NCBI GenBank assembly: GCA_041937175.2 | Contig: CP166615.1 | Coordinates: 1,568,001 to 1,632,000 of the forward strand | Origin: Limnothrix sp. BL-A-16 | Lineage (GTDB): Bacteria; Cyanobacteriota; Cyanobacteriia; CACIAM-69d | DNA length: 64,000 nucleotides | Direction of reading: 5' to 3' | Shown here: piece by piece, positions 50,891-61,770 of the stretch | Position numbering within the stretch: the first letter of the stretch is position 1 | Layout of the letters: each line of letters begins with the position of its first letter | Notes under the pieces: generated by a model | The model's database searches: none | Told to the model about the DNA's origin: nothing | What the model saw: the letters and a program-made list of their open reading frames with translations, nothing else | Translations under genes and position numbers: made by a program

Positions 50891-52495
50891 TTAGGAGTTA
50901 AGAGAGGTGCGATCGGGCGGCTTTGGTTGCGGCGAAATGTCTTGGGCGATCGGTTGCACCACTTTTGCGATCGCCTGTTGCACAAACCGTTTCACAAACT
51001 GATCGCGTTGCTCTAGCTGAAACTGTTTTTTGACCACTTCGCTAATACCGCCATCGCCCCAATCTTGATCGTGGCGAAAATATTCAATGAAACTGCGGCC
51101 GGCAATGCGGGTTAAATAGGCCGCCGTCACCGCTTGAATGGCTCGGCTGATGATTGCGGTGGCGATGTTCACCTGGAGCGCGGCCGTCAAAATTCCCATG
51201 GCTCCTTTGACGATGCCCAAGCCGGTCATGGTTTTGGCGAGGGACAGGGCCAACTCCTGCGCCCGATCGCCACTTAAGTTGCAGCCATAGACCTTGCCCA
51301 ACTCCAAAATCATCTGGGCATTGACCGCCGCCGTGGCCAACAAATCCACTACCGGAATCGGTGTGACGGCCACGGCCCCCGCCCCCAGCCACTGGTAACG
51401 ATCGACCACGGCTTCGGCCTGTCGTCGCCGCTGGGCATCAATCAGTTGGCGGGCCCGATCGCTCAATCGCTGGGCTTGCAGCAACATATTGTCTGCGATC
51501 AGTTCTTCCCCTTCGGCCCGCAACACCGCCACGATCCGCCGAATCAGGGGCATAATTTCCGGGTCGGGGGTCAGGGTTTCCCCGTTGGGCAACTGCACCG
51601 CCGCCGGCCGCGCCGCGATCGGGACAATATCCGCCGTGGGGAGCTGTTCTGCCAACCGTTCCCGCAACTTGGCCAAAATTGCCGTGCGATCGGCCTCGGG
51701 GTAGCGATCGGTTTTGTTGAAGGCCAGCAGCGATCGCTTCCCGATCGCCAATAACTGTTGCAGTGGCTCCAATTCCGACTGCTGCAAGTCGCCTTCCACC
51801 ACAAAAATCAGCAAGTCTGCTTCCGCCGCCAGCCGCCGAGCTAGGCGATCGCGCTGGGTTCCCGCCACCCCTGCTTCCAAAATGCCCGGCGTGTCGGTAA
51901 TCAACACGGCGCGATCGATCTCGGACAGTGCCAGGCGATAGGTTTCGCCCTCTTCTGTTGTGCCCATGGTGGGGCCGACGGTTCCGGCCACCCGTCCCAG
52001 CAGGGCATTCACCAAGGAGGTTTTGCCCGCTGACCCCGTGCCAAACACCACCAACAGCAACTCGCCCCGGGCCAAGCTGCTTTCAATTTCGCGCGATCGA
52101 TCCAATAGGGCCTGCCGTGCCACCCGATCGCGAATTAAATCCACCTGGGCCCGCACGGCTTCCAGCGCCGCGCCGGCCGCTTCGGTTTTCACTTCGGAAA
52201 CAGTGGGGCTGGGTTCCGGCGGAGTGGGGGGCGTTTGTCCGGTGATCGATCGCTGGGTCACCTGCCAGAGCGATCGCCAATCTTGGGGCCAATCCAGAGG
52301 CCGCACATACCGAAAAAACGCCACCAGCAGGGCCCCCAACAGGGCCAAGGTCAGCACCACGACCACCGGCCCCAAAAACGGAGCCGTCCAACTCACCTGC
52401 CAGTAGAGTTGTTGCAGGGCACTGACGAGCCACAGCACTAGCGCCAAGATGACGCAAAGCCCCGTCAGGACAACAATAAAGCGAGTTAGGGTCAT
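50891..52495 (-). CDS. Membrane-anchored GTP-binding protein with DUF697 (YcjF-like) domain
   Basis: GTGSAGKTS, DTPG, NKTD, TPIPVVD. Confidence 0.88.
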   Translation of the reverse strand: MTLTRFIVVLTGLCVILALVLWLVSALQQLYWQVSWTAPFLGPVVVVLTLALLGALLVAFFRYVRPLDWPQDWRSLWQVTQRSITGQTPPTPPEPSPTVSEVKTEAAGAALEAVRAQVDLIRDRVARQALLDRSREIESSLARGELLLVVFGTGSAGKTSLVNALLGRVAGTVGPTMGTTEEGETYRLALSEIDRAVLITDTPGILEAGVAGTQRDRLARRLAAEADLLIFVVEGDLQQSELEPLQQLLAIGKRSLLAFNKTDRYPEADRTAILAKLRERLAEQLPTADIVPIAARPAAVQLPNGETLTPDPEIMPLIRRIVAVLRAEGEELIADNMLLQAQRLSDRARQLIDAQRRRQAEAVVDRYQWLGAGAVAVTPIPVVDLLATAAVNAQMILELGKVYGCNLSGDRAQELALSLAKTMTGLGIVKGAMGILTAALQVNIATAIISRAIQAVTAAYLTRIAGRSFIEYFRHDQDWGDGGISEVVKKQFQLEQRDQFVKRFVQQAIAKVVQPIAQDISPQPKPPDRTSLNS

Positions 52496-52650
52496 AAATA
52501 CTGAATCATGAATACTTGACGATATAGATGGATGCTGAATAAAGTGTGGAAAACTTAAGTTTGAATTCACACGTTAAGAAAAAATACCTTATTCAAGTAT
52601 CACATTCTATGTCAAGCTAATCAGTCGCAAGGTTAGGTGAAATCAATTCA

Positions 52651-53385
52651 ATGAATAAAATTACAGAGGCTTTGAATCTATTCAAGTCTAACATCAAATT
52701 ATTTAGCGCTATTGTCCTCACGGTCTGGCTACCGGGTTCGCTCATTTGCAGCTATTTTGACTTCTACGTTTTTCCAGAATGGGCTAATGGTGATGAGATG
52801 AGTTTTCTAAAATACTCAATGCGTCTCTCAAGCACCATTGAATTTATTGTCAGGCCCATCTACATTGGCGGATTATTCTATGGAGCATCTCAATTCCAAA
52901 AAGGCTTGGCAGTTAGCTACCAACAAGCGATGACCTATTCCTTTCGTAGGAGCTTTAAGATGCTTGCGACAAGTATGATGACAAATTTAATTATTTTGGG
53001 AGGAACAGTTTTATTGATTATTCCCGGCGTGATTTTAGCACTGCGCTTTGCACTAGTAGATCCAGTTGTTGTTTTGGAAGGAACCGCTGGCTCTCAGGCT
53101 AGGCAACGCAGCACCCAGTTAACTCAAGGAAGGCGATGGAGAATTGCTGGAACTATGGTATTGAGCGGTTTAGTTACAATTCTACTTATGGGCATTGTTT
53201 CTCTGGTAATTTACATTCCTTCTGGATTGATGGGACTGGGAGAAAGTTTCATCATCCATGTCATTATTACGGTGCTGACTAATATTATTGCTATTCTTCC
53301 TTATCTAGTGATTTTCTGTTTTTATTGGGAGAGTGCAGAACCCATCAATAAGGTCAACAAAATTAAAATCTCTCGCTATCTCTAG
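52651..53385 (+). CDS. Hypothetical multi-pass membrane protein (low GC)
   Basis: 244 aa; LLIIPGVI...VVLE...RS.QLT.GRRW pattern. Confidence 0.7.
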   Translation: MNKITEALNLFKSNIKLFSAIVLTVWLPGSLICSYFDFYVFPEWANGDEMSFLKYSMRLSSTIEFIVRPIYIGGLFYGASQFQKGLAVSYQQAMTYSFRRSFKMLATSMMTNLIILGGTVLLIIPGVILALRFALVDPVVVLEGTAGSQARQRSTQLTQGRRWRIAGTMVLSGLVTILLMGIVSLVIYIPSGLMGLGESFIIHVIITVLTNIIAILPYLVIFCFYWESAEPINKVNKIKISRYL

Positions 53386-53540
53386 TTTTCTAGCCTGAAT
53401 TCCTATTCAATCCTGGCGGCGATCGACCATGGCATTCAGCAGGCGATCGCCCAAACAGTCGAGCCGCTGCAAAGCCAGATTACCGGTTTACAAACCGAGA
53501 TGCAGCAGGTCATTGAAATGATTGAGGGGATGCAAAAAAG

Positions 53541-54053
53541 CTAGTCGCTCTGCTTGGGAATCAGATAAATTGCGCCAGAGATTATGGTTAGGGCCACAGA
53601 AACCCAAAAGAGACCGATCGCCCAAAGGGAGTAACCATCCATCACTGGGGCTAGTAGCAGGGCGATCGCGGCAATTTGGCTGACGGTTTTCAGTTTGCCC
53701 CAGAGGTTTGCGCCGGAAATGCTGGTTTGGTTCACGCGCCAACCCGCGATCGTCAGCTCCCGCGCCAAAATCACAAAAACGCCCCAAGCCGGAATCCGTC
53801 CCAGCTCCACCAACAGCAGCAAGGGAGCCAAAACCAGCAACTTATCCACCAACGGATCCAAAAATTTGCCCAAGTCCGTCACTTGGTTCAGCTTGCGGGC
53901 CAAATATCCATCCAGCCAGTCCGTGCCCGCAGCCAACAAAAACACACCCAATGCCCACCAGCGATCGGCTGTGGTGGGTTCGCCGCTGAGCCACCACAAC
54001 AATAGGGGCACTGCTGCCAACCGCGACACGGTGATCCAAGTGGGCAAATTCAC
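53541..54053 (-). CDS. pgsA: CDP-diacylglycerol--glycerol-3-phosphate 3-phosphatidyltransferase
   Basis: NLPTWITVSR, TDWLDGYLARK...GKFLDPLVDK; GTG start overlaps the nnr stop. Confidence 0.93.
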   Translation of the reverse strand: MNLPTWITVSRLAAVPLLLWWLSGEPTTADRWWALGVFLLAAGTDWLDGYLARKLNQVTDLGKFLDPLVDKLLVLAPLLLLVELGRIPAWGVFVILARELTIAGWRVNQTSISGANLWGKLKTVSQIAAIALLLAPVMDGYSLWAIGLFWVSVALTIISGAIYLIPKQSD

Positions 54054-55630
54054 GGCTGTTTCTCCAATGCTTGGGTTTGGTGACGAGCAACGGTGAGCAG
54101 ACCATCGGCCAGGCTGGCTCCATTCACTCCCAAAATCGATCGCTCCTGTACGGCTTGAATACCTGCTTGGGCGTGCCACCAGGCGGCCGTGGCGGCCCAG
54201 TAGCCCCAATCGGTGAGGCTGGTGGGGCGAGCTTGGGCGACCAAGCCCCCCAGTAATCCGGCCAAAACATCGCCGCTGCCACCCCGAGCTAAACCGGGGG
54301 TGCTTTCGGGTACCATCCAGCTTTGGCCGCCGGGTTCGGCCACCACGGTGCGGGCCCCTTTCAACAGGACGATCGCCCCGGTTTGTTGGGCCGCCCGTTG
54401 GGCCAGTTCCAGTCGATCGCTGGTTTGGGCAACCAAGTTGGGAAACAGCCGCTGAAATTCTCCCCAGTGGGGGGTGAGAACGACGGGGCCTTGACGATCG
54501 CGCCAACCCAGTTGGGCCAGGGCGTTCAAGCCGTCCGCATCCAACACCAAGGGCCGATCACTCTCCCAGACCGCTTGCACAATCGGGGTGGCTTCTCGGG
54601 TGAGGCCACAACCACAGGCGATCGCGTCGTAGCGGGCGAGATCTAGATCAACGCGGGCAATTTTGCCCATATCCGTTTCGGGACAGGCCACCACGAGGGC
54701 TTCGGGAATTTGGGCCACCAACCAAGGTTTGAGACTGGCGGGCACGGCAACGGTTAACATGCCCACGCCGCTCGATCGGGCCCCCAAGGCGGCCAGGAAC
54801 GCGGCTCCCATATAAACAGCGGAACCCGCCACCACTAGCAAGTGACCTTGCTCGTATTTGTGGGTGGCGGGCGATCGGTTCAGGGGTAATTGGACGAGGT
54901 GGGCGGTGATTCGGTTCAGTTGGGGGTCTGGGCCCAGGATGGCTTGAATGTCGGCTAGGGGCAGGTCAAAGTCAATCAGTTCCGCTTGGCCCACCCAATC
55001 CAGGGCCCGATCGAGCAGCAGTCCCCGTTTCCAGAGGCCCAAACAGAGGGTGAGGGTCGATCGAATCGCTTTACCCAAGACTGCGCCGCTGTCGGTGTGG
55101 AGGCCGGAGGGAAGGTCAATGCTAACGATCGGTTTGCCGCTGTTGTTCACTTGCTCGATCGCTTCGGCCAAGGCTCCCTCGATCGGCCGTTCCAACCCAA
55201 AGCCAAACAACCCATCCACCAGCCAATCGGCCGCCAAAACGGGGGCTAGATCAGGGCTGACCTCAATGCCTAAGCTGGCGGCGTATTGGGCATGGCGATC
55301 GGTCAGTTCCTTGCGTCGCTCAAAGGGCAAGTAAACGGAAACTTGATAGCCGCGCAGGTGCAACTCCCGGGCCACCACCAGAGCATCGCCGCCGTTGTGG
55401 CCAGGGCCGGCCAAAATTCCCACCCGGGGCCCTTGGGTGATCGAGCGCCAAGCCAGGACTCGCTGGGTAATGAGTCCGGCCACTTTTTCCATCAAGGCTG
55501 CGACGGGCATTCCCGCCGCAAACACCCGAGACTCGATCGCCTGCATTTGGGCCGCCGTGACGACGTAGCGATCGCGCATTTCCCCCATTGGCCCGTTTGA
55601 CGGTTGCACACCAAGCCTCCTCAAAACCAT
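54050..55630 (-). CDS. nnr: Bifunctional NAD(P)H-hydrate epimerase/dehydratase
   Basis: GPGHNGGD, IDLPSG, LDADGLN, TPHWGE, GGSGDVLAG. Confidence 0.92.
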   Translation of the reverse strand: MVLRRLGVQPSNGPMGEMRDRYVVTAAQMQAIESRVFAAGMPVAALMEKVAGLITQRVLAWRSITQGPRVGILAGPGHNGGDALVVARELHLRGYQVSVYLPFERRKELTDRHAQYAASLGIEVSPDLAPVLAADWLVDGLFGFGLERPIEGALAEAIEQVNNSGKPIVSIDLPSGLHTDSGAVLGKAIRSTLTLCLGLWKRGLLLDRALDWVGQAELIDFDLPLADIQAILGPDPQLNRITAHLVQLPLNRSPATHKYEQGHLLVVAGSAVYMGAAFLAALGARSSGVGMLTVAVPASLKPWLVAQIPEALVVACPETDMGKIARVDLDLARYDAIACGCGLTREATPIVQAVWESDRPLVLDADGLNALAQLGWRDRQGPVVLTPHWGEFQRLFPNLVAQTSDRLELAQRAAQQTGAIVLLKGARTVVAEPGGQSWMVPESTPGLARGGSGDVLAGLLGGLVAQARPTSLTDWGYWAATAAWWHAQAGIQAVQERSILGVNGASLADGLLTVARHQTQALEKQP

Positions 55631-55850
55631 GCCTTCTCAAAACCACGGAGCAGGGCCGGCCAACTCATGCCAGACCCGATCGTACAGGATCGAGCGGCTA
55701 GGGATAGCGCAGGCTCAATCCTGTTAATAAATGGCTTTGCTGCAAAAAATTAGCCCCATCGGGTATTTTGCGCCAAGAATCCCGGTTTTAGGGCAAATTT
55801 CGGGGCTGACGTTGGCGCTGGGTGTTTTGGGTCGGCTCTAGGGGCTGATG

Positions 55851-56180
55851 CTATTGACCATCGCCTGATGCGTCGTGGTTGGCCTGTTGCGCTTCTTTAA
55901 TCATGTCTACCAAAACATGATGGGCGGCCTTGGCATCGGCCAAAGGCGCTTTGAATTCGATGCGCAGGGGCTGGAGATGGCCGTCCACTTCCACAGCTAA
56001 GTCCATGCCCACTGAATCGATCGACCGCATTCGGGCGCTGGTGGCCGTCGTGATCTGGCCGAAATATTGGGCATAGACCAACACCGCGTCGGCGTGGTCA
56101 TCGTTCATATGCTTACAGATGCGATCGCTCACTTGGGTCGTGAACGGATTTTCGGGGGTTGTGGTTACCGAGTCGCTCAT
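55851..56180 (-). CDS. DUF2470 domain protein
   Basis: RICKHMNDDHADA, SID..GMDL. Confidence 0.88.
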   Translation of the reverse strand: MSDSVTTTPENPFTTQVSDRICKHMNDDHADAVLVYAQYFGQITTATSARMRSIDSVGMDLAVEVDGHLQPLRIEFKAPLADAKAAHHVLVDMIKEAQQANHDASGDGQ

Positions 56181-56232
56181 GGTTCTGATCTGAATGGTTT
56201 TAAATCGATTAGCCCGAAACCCACAATCTGCC

Positions 56233-56506
56233 GTTAGCAGATCGGAGGGGACAAGGGGCTTAGGGGCTGTCGTCAAATCGCCTGAAACCCTGATTTTGCC
56301 GTTAGCGGATCGTGGGGGGCAAGGGGCTTAAGCCCCTTGTTACGACAGTTGAGGTAGGGAAAATTAACTGTTAGCAGATCGGAGGGGACAAGGGGCTTGG
56401 GGGCTGTCGTCAAATCGCCTGAAACCCTGATTTTGCCGTTAGCGGATCGTGGGGGGCAAGGGGCTTAAGCCCCTTGTTACGACAGTTGAGGTAGGGAAAA
56501 TCAACT
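56233..56506. repeat. Tandem duplication, 2 x 137 bp, containing REP-like palindromes
   Basis: Units start at 56233 and 56370 and are nearly identical. Confidence 0.9.
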
Positions 56507-56565
56507 GCTTCAGCCTCGCATCGAGAGACATGCAGCTTGCCTCCAGGAAACAACGACGGGCCCTA

Positions 56566-56703
56566 AGAGGATGTCTGAGAAGTATCTTGCAGTACGGGCT
56601 AAAGGTTAATTGTCGTGGGGGGCAAGGGGCTTAAGCCCCTTGTCTACATCGATCGCTGGGGCGTACAGAGTAGCAATTTTGGTTTTTCAGACATCCATCC
56701 TCT
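56566..56703. mobile_element. MITE-like element family B
   Basis: AGAGGATGTCTGAGAA...TTTTCAGACATCC(ATCC)TCT; matches 17508-17653. Confidence 0.75.
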
Positions 56704-56736
56704 AAGCCCTTTGTCTTTGTCCTCGCCAGGCTTTTC

Positions 56737-57702
56737 CTATTCAACCATTTCTGCCACCACGTCTCGGAGGGTTTGGGTCAGCGATCGGGGTTGCCAGCCC
56801 AGCTCTTGACGGGCTTTGGTGGCATCCACTCGCACGCAGCGATCGTAGATGTAGCGCACTCGCTCGCGGCTGAGGGGCGGTTGCCAGCGAAATAGCCGCC
56901 CGATCGGGTCAAGAATCGTCCCCAAAATTCGCACCAACCAAGCGGGCACTTCTTTGGGGGGAGGGATTTCAGCCGTCTCGCCCACCATCCGAAACATTTC
57001 TCGGGTGGGACATTCTCCGGCTGAGAGGATATACCAGCCGCCCGCTGTGCCCCGTTCGGCTGCCAAAATCATGCCCGCCACCAGGTCATCCACATGCACA
57101 ATTCCGGTGGGGCGATCGCCCCCGACCCAGAAGGGCAGTTTCCCGCGCAAAAACTGGCGCAGGACGGGGCCAAAGTGTGGATCATCACCACCAAAAATGC
57201 CGGAGGGCATGACGCTGATGGCGGCCAGTCCGTTTTCGGCCGCGCGATCGACCAGCACTTGGGCTTCATATTTGGTGTGGTCGTAGGCGGAATCAAACTG
57301 AGCCTGCACCCGTTGGAATGTTTCGTCCACCACCTGGCCAAAGGTGTGGCCAAACACCCCGATCGTGCTGCAATAAACCAACCGTTTCACCCCAGCGGCC
57401 TGGGCCGCCGCCAGCACCTGGCGGGTTCCTTCCACGTTGGTTTGCCACATTTTTTCGCTGTCCACCAGGCCCAATTCCACATAGGCCGCCGTGTGAAACA
57501 CCCAGTCCGCTTCGGCCATTCCCTGGGCCAGGGCTGCGGGCTGCTGAAGGTCGCCTTCAATGATTTCAATGGGCAGGCCGGCCAGGCGCGATCGATCCGC
57601 CCGGGGCCGCACCAGGGCCACCACCCGATCGCCCCGTTGCACCAGGGCCCGCACCAAATGAGACCCGGTAAATCCCGTTGCACCGGTCACAAATACCCGC
57701 AC
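56737..57702 (-). CDS. NAD-dependent epimerase/dehydratase
   Basis: GATGFTG, FHTAA, YDHTK. Confidence 0.92.
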   Translation of the reverse strand: MRVFVTGATGFTGSHLVRALVQRGDRVVALVRPRADRSRLAGLPIEIIEGDLQQPAALAQGMAEADWVFHTAAYVELGLVDSEKMWQTNVEGTRQVLAAAQAAGVKRLVYCSTIGVFGHTFGQVVDETFQRVQAQFDSAYDHTKYEAQVLVDRAAENGLAAISVMPSGIFGGDDPHFGPVLRQFLRGKLPFWVGGDRPTGIVHVDDLVAGMILAAERGTAGGWYILSAGECPTREMFRMVGETAEIPPPKEVPAWLVRILGTILDPIGRLFRWQPPLSRERVRYIYDRCVRVDATKARQELGWQPRSLTQTLRDVVAEMVE

Positions 57703-57715
57703 GATCGCCCCCTTT

Positions 57716-58348
57716 CTAGCCCAATGGTGTGGATTTGCGATTTTCGAGCCACAGGGACACGGCCACCACCAGCCCGATCGCCAGCAGCGCCACCCAGGTG
57801 AACTGACTGGCCCAGCTCATCAGGGTTTCCAAGGACACCAACCGCCCGCAGAAGTAGGCCGCTGTGACCGTGACTCCGGCCCAAACGGCGGCCCCGGCTG
57901 CGTTATAGGCTAAAAATTTGCCATAGGGCATTTCCACCAAGCCCGCCATCGGGCCCGCAAAAATCCGCAGCAGGGCCACGAACCGGCCCCAAAACACAGC
58001 CTTACCGGCATTGTTGCTAAATTGCTCGCGAGCGCCTTCCAGCTTCTCTTCGCCAATCCGAAAGAGTTTGCCCAACCGCACCAACAGCGACCAACCGCCC
58101 CAGCGGCCCAGCCAGTAGCCCAGGTTATCGCCCAAAATTGCGCCGCCGATGGCTGTTCCCAGAACGCCGCCATAGCTCAGTTCGCCACTGCCCGCCAAAA
58201 AACCGCCCACAAGGGTGATGGTTTCGCCCGGCAGGGGGATACCGGCGTTTTCCAGGGCAATTCCCAGGAATACGGCCCAGTAGCCATATTCTTGCGCGAG
58301 CGCTTCGATAGTTTCGAGCGTGATCAGCTCGGGAATCAAAGCGAGCAT
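57716..58348 (-). CDS. DedA family protein
   Basis: LENAGIPLPGE, GDNLGYWLGR, GRFVALLR. Confidence 0.92.
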   Translation of the reverse strand: MLALIPELITLETIEALAQEYGYWAVFLGIALENAGIPLPGETITLVGGFLAGSGELSYGGVLGTAIGGAILGDNLGYWLGRWGGWSLLVRLGKLFRIGEEKLEGAREQFSNNAGKAVFWGRFVALLRIFAGPMAGLVEMPYGKFLAYNAAGAAVWAGVTVTAAYFCGRLVSLETLMSWASQFTWVALLAIGLVVAVSLWLENRKSTPLG

Positions 58349-58549
58349 GGAGGAGGATAGGGGTGGTGTAAAACTTTGTTAACTCATTCTAAACGGCGGG
58401 TTGGCGATCGCGGCCATGGGGTGACGAAGTTTTGGGTGGTTGGGGCGAATTGGCACCCGATCGCCCGGGGCCGGCAATTCAAAATAGCCAGTGATAGCCA
58501 AGTCAGGGCAGCCAGTTCAAGACAGCCAATTCAGGACAGCAACCAACGC

Positions 58550-59164
58550 ATGGAACCAGCGCATTACTCAGAACGGGATTCGGAGCCTCGGGGGACGCGA
58601 TCGCCCCGGTCCTATTTGGATGCGATCGCCTATGGCCAGGCCCTGAGCGCTTTGGTGATTACCTGTGTGGATTTGTTGTTCTGTGAGGGCGATCGACGGC
58701 TTTTGGGCTTTCGACGACGGCCGCCCCGGGTGGGCTGGTGGTTGGTGGGCGGGCGAATGTTTCCCGGCGAAAGTCCCCAAAGCACTGCCATCCGCAAGGC
58801 CAAGGAGGAAGCTGGCCTAGAAATTTTGCCCGGCCAGTTGCAGTGGATTGGAGCCTATTCCACGGAATTTGCGGAGCGATCGCAGCCACCGGCCGAGGAA
58901 GGGTTGCACAGTGTGAATCTAACCTTTGCCGTGAGGCTGACGGCGGCCCAGGCGGCCCAGGTACAACTCAGTGAGGATGAATATTCTGAATGGGCTTGGG
59001 TGCGATCGGGTGAGTTGCCCCAGTGGGTGACGGGCAATGGGCCGATGGATGAAGCCCTATTGGCGATCGGGCGGGCTTACGATCGGTTGGGCAGTAATTT
59101 AATGGGCAACGGTTCGATCGATCTTGATTCAGATCAAGATCGATCCGATGAAAGGCCTGATTGA
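58550..59164 (+). CDS. NUDIX hydrolase
   Basis: GGRMFPGES...AIRKAKEEAGL Nudix box. Confidence 0.85.
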   Translation: MEPAHYSERDSEPRGTRSPRSYLDAIAYGQALSALVITCVDLLFCEGDRRLLGFRRRPPRVGWWLVGGRMFPGESPQSTAIRKAKEEAGLEILPGQLQWIGAYSTEFAERSQPPAEEGLHSVNLTFAVRLTAAQAAQVQLSEDEYSEWAWVRSGELPQWVTGNGPMDEALLAIGRAYDRLGSNLMGNGSIDLDSDQDRSDERPD

Positions 59165-59241
59165 GATTTCGATTAACTTCTAATTTCGATCAATATATTG
59201 AAGTCCATTCCAATTGCCGACCTTGATTCGGAATCCCCAAC

Positions 59242-61331
59242 GTGATCCAGAGAGCCATCCAGCGAGCAATCCGAACCATCATCCAACGTCGCTCGAGGCG
59301 ATCGGCGGGACGACGCTGGCCATTGGGGGCGATCGTCCTGGGGCTGATCCTCTGGTTGGGGGCCAGCAGTCCTTTGAATGCTCAGGCTCCTGCTGCTGCG
59401 GCGGCCTCGACCCTGGAAACCAACTGGGCCAATAGCCTCATTCAGCCTTGGGCTGCTCCTTGGGTGGGCGCTGAGGCCGATCGCCCCCAGGCCGCATGGA
59501 TTGAATTTGATGGGCGGCCAGTGTTTCAGATTGCAGCCACGCCCAAAGAATTGGCCCGGCGCACCGCCACCATCACCACCCAGTTACAGGGCGCGGGCGA
59601 TCGGTTCCTCAGCGACCCTAAGGGGTCGTTAGCGGTCACCATTGAACTCAGCGCCCCCGCCACCCCGCCCCCAACGCGGCAGTTCCCGGCCCTGGGTCGG
59701 CTCCCGCCGTTGCTGCTCCTGCGGCCCCCGCTGCGACCTTGCCCGCGGCGGCTTTGGTTGATGCGCCTCGAATTTTGGTCAATGGTCGCTACATCATGAC
59801 GGTGACGGCCCTGGATGCAGGAACCCAGCTCACCCAGCCCCGAATCTATGCCACTTCCGTGAAAACGGCCATTGAGGAATCCTTGCAACAGGCTCGGGCC
59901 GATCGACAACCGGCGGCCTTGGGGCAACAGGTGCGATCGAGCTTGGCCATTTGGCTGGTGGCCTTGGGGGCCCATTTGATGTTGGGTTGGGGTCTGCAAC
60001 GGCTCGATCGACTCAGCCACAGCACCCCGCCCGTTGACCCGAAACCCAACGACAGTTTTCCCCTGGCCGCTTGGTTGCAACGCCAGCGCCGAGATCATTG
60101 GCTGGCGATCGGGCGGATCTTGATTCAAATTGCCCAGCCTTCCGTATGGGCCGCTGCCAGTTTGTGGGTGTTGGGCAACTTCCCCGCCACCCGCTGGCTC
60201 CAGGCCCGAATCTTTGATGCCCTTGAGGCCTATCTCAAGCTGGGTTTGGCCACCCTGGTCACCTACATTGCAATTTTGTTGAGCTACATCGCCGTTGATC
60301 GGGCAACGGCGATCCTCACGGCCGGAACCCAAATTGCTCCCCGCACTCGCCCCCGTTTGCAACAGCGCGTCCTCACCCTATCCAGCATTCTCAAAAGTTT
60401 CCTGACCGTGTTGCTGGTCATTTTGGGGGCGATCGTCGGCCTGGCTGGCATTGGCGTAGATGTGGGGCCACTGATTGCCGGGGCGGGGTTAATTGGGGTG
60501 GCCCTGTCGCTGGCTTCCCAAAACCTAATTAAGGATGCCATTAACGGGTTTTTGATTTTGGCGGAGGATCAATTTTCCGTGGGCGACGCGATCGCGGTGG
60601 GCAACCTGACCGGTCGGGTGGAGGCGCTCACCCTGCGGGTCACGAAGCTACGGGATGCAGAACAGCGGCTGATTGTGATTCCCAACAGCGAAATCCGCAC
60701 GGTGGCCAACCTGTCCAACCACTATTCCCAAGCGGATTTACGAATCCCGATCGCCTATGGAGCCGACTTGGATCAAGCCCTGGCAATTTTGAATCAGCTC
60801 AGTGATGATCTGGCGGCGGATCCGCAGTGGTCAGAAATTTTGCTCGATCGTCCCCAAGTGTTGGGGATTGATGAGTTTTCCGCCAGTGGTTCCATGGTGC
60901 GGGTTTGGATTCGCACCACTCCCTTGCAACAGTGGGGCGCGGCTCGAGAATTTCGGCGGCGCGTGGCGATCGCCTTTAATGCGGCCCAAATTGGCTTGAT
61001 GGGGCAAACCGATCCACCTGCTCCGATCGTGCCTTTGGAAATGGAGGACAACGGGGCGCGCGATCGAGCAGAGGAGCGCGACAATGCTGAGCGCGACACC
61101 CTGGCCCAACAGTCCCAGTCCCGAAACCCAGACCCCGCAACCAACACAACCACAACGACCAAATCACCGAAGTCCGACAGTAACGGCCAGGGCGCTCACC
61201 ATGCCCACGCTCCCCGCGATCGGGATGGCGGCGACTCGGCCCCGATCGCGGATGGAATGACCGCTTCTGCGCCCAATCCGGGGGCCGATCTGGAGGCGGG
61301 CCCGATCGACCCGTCGGCAAAACCCAGCTAG
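59242..61331 (+). pseudogene. MscS family mechanosensitive channel, split by a 1-nt frameshift near 59654-59672
   Basis: N-terminal exported domain in one frame; MscS core (LASQNLIKD.INGF.IL.EDQF.VGD, IPNSEI) in another; junction in C runs. Confidence 0.7.
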
Positions 61332-61676
61332 CTATCTTGCACCGGGTGACTTGTGCCAGTCTGGTTGAGACAGGTCTTGTCCGTATTGGTTGTGTTTGAA
61401 TAGGTTGCAATAATTACCCTTACCCCCGTGCGATCGTCTCTAATAGGCGATCGCTTCTTTTTTGCACCCACTTGCATCCAGCCAAGCAAGGTTCCCCCCG
61501 CCGCAATCCTATTGCGGGCCGGAGTTTGGGGCTGGCCACGAACTGCACCCTAAACGACCATAGAACTGTTAGGCAAGTGTGAAGCTTTCGTAATAGCCAA
61601 TTTAGGTGGCGAGAACCCAAATTTGACGAAACAGGGTTCATTTAGGAAGGAAAAGCTGTTTTCTGAAATAAAAAGA

Positions 61677-61702
61677 GGGAAGCTAATCTCGATTAGCTCC
61701 CC
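61677..61702. terminator. Possible terminator hairpin downstream of mntP
   Basis: GGGAAGCTAATC-TC-GATTAGCTCCC with an adjacent A run (T run on the minus strand). Confidence 0.45.
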
Positions 61703-61770
61703 AAACTACAGGTTCTTGATACCTGCTATACCATTTCAATTATTGACATAATGATGGCCACTTTGCCGAA

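Noticed and set aside
56233..56710. CRISPR array
   Set aside because: The intervening sequences are duplicated rather than unique, spacing is irregular overall, and there are no cas genes.
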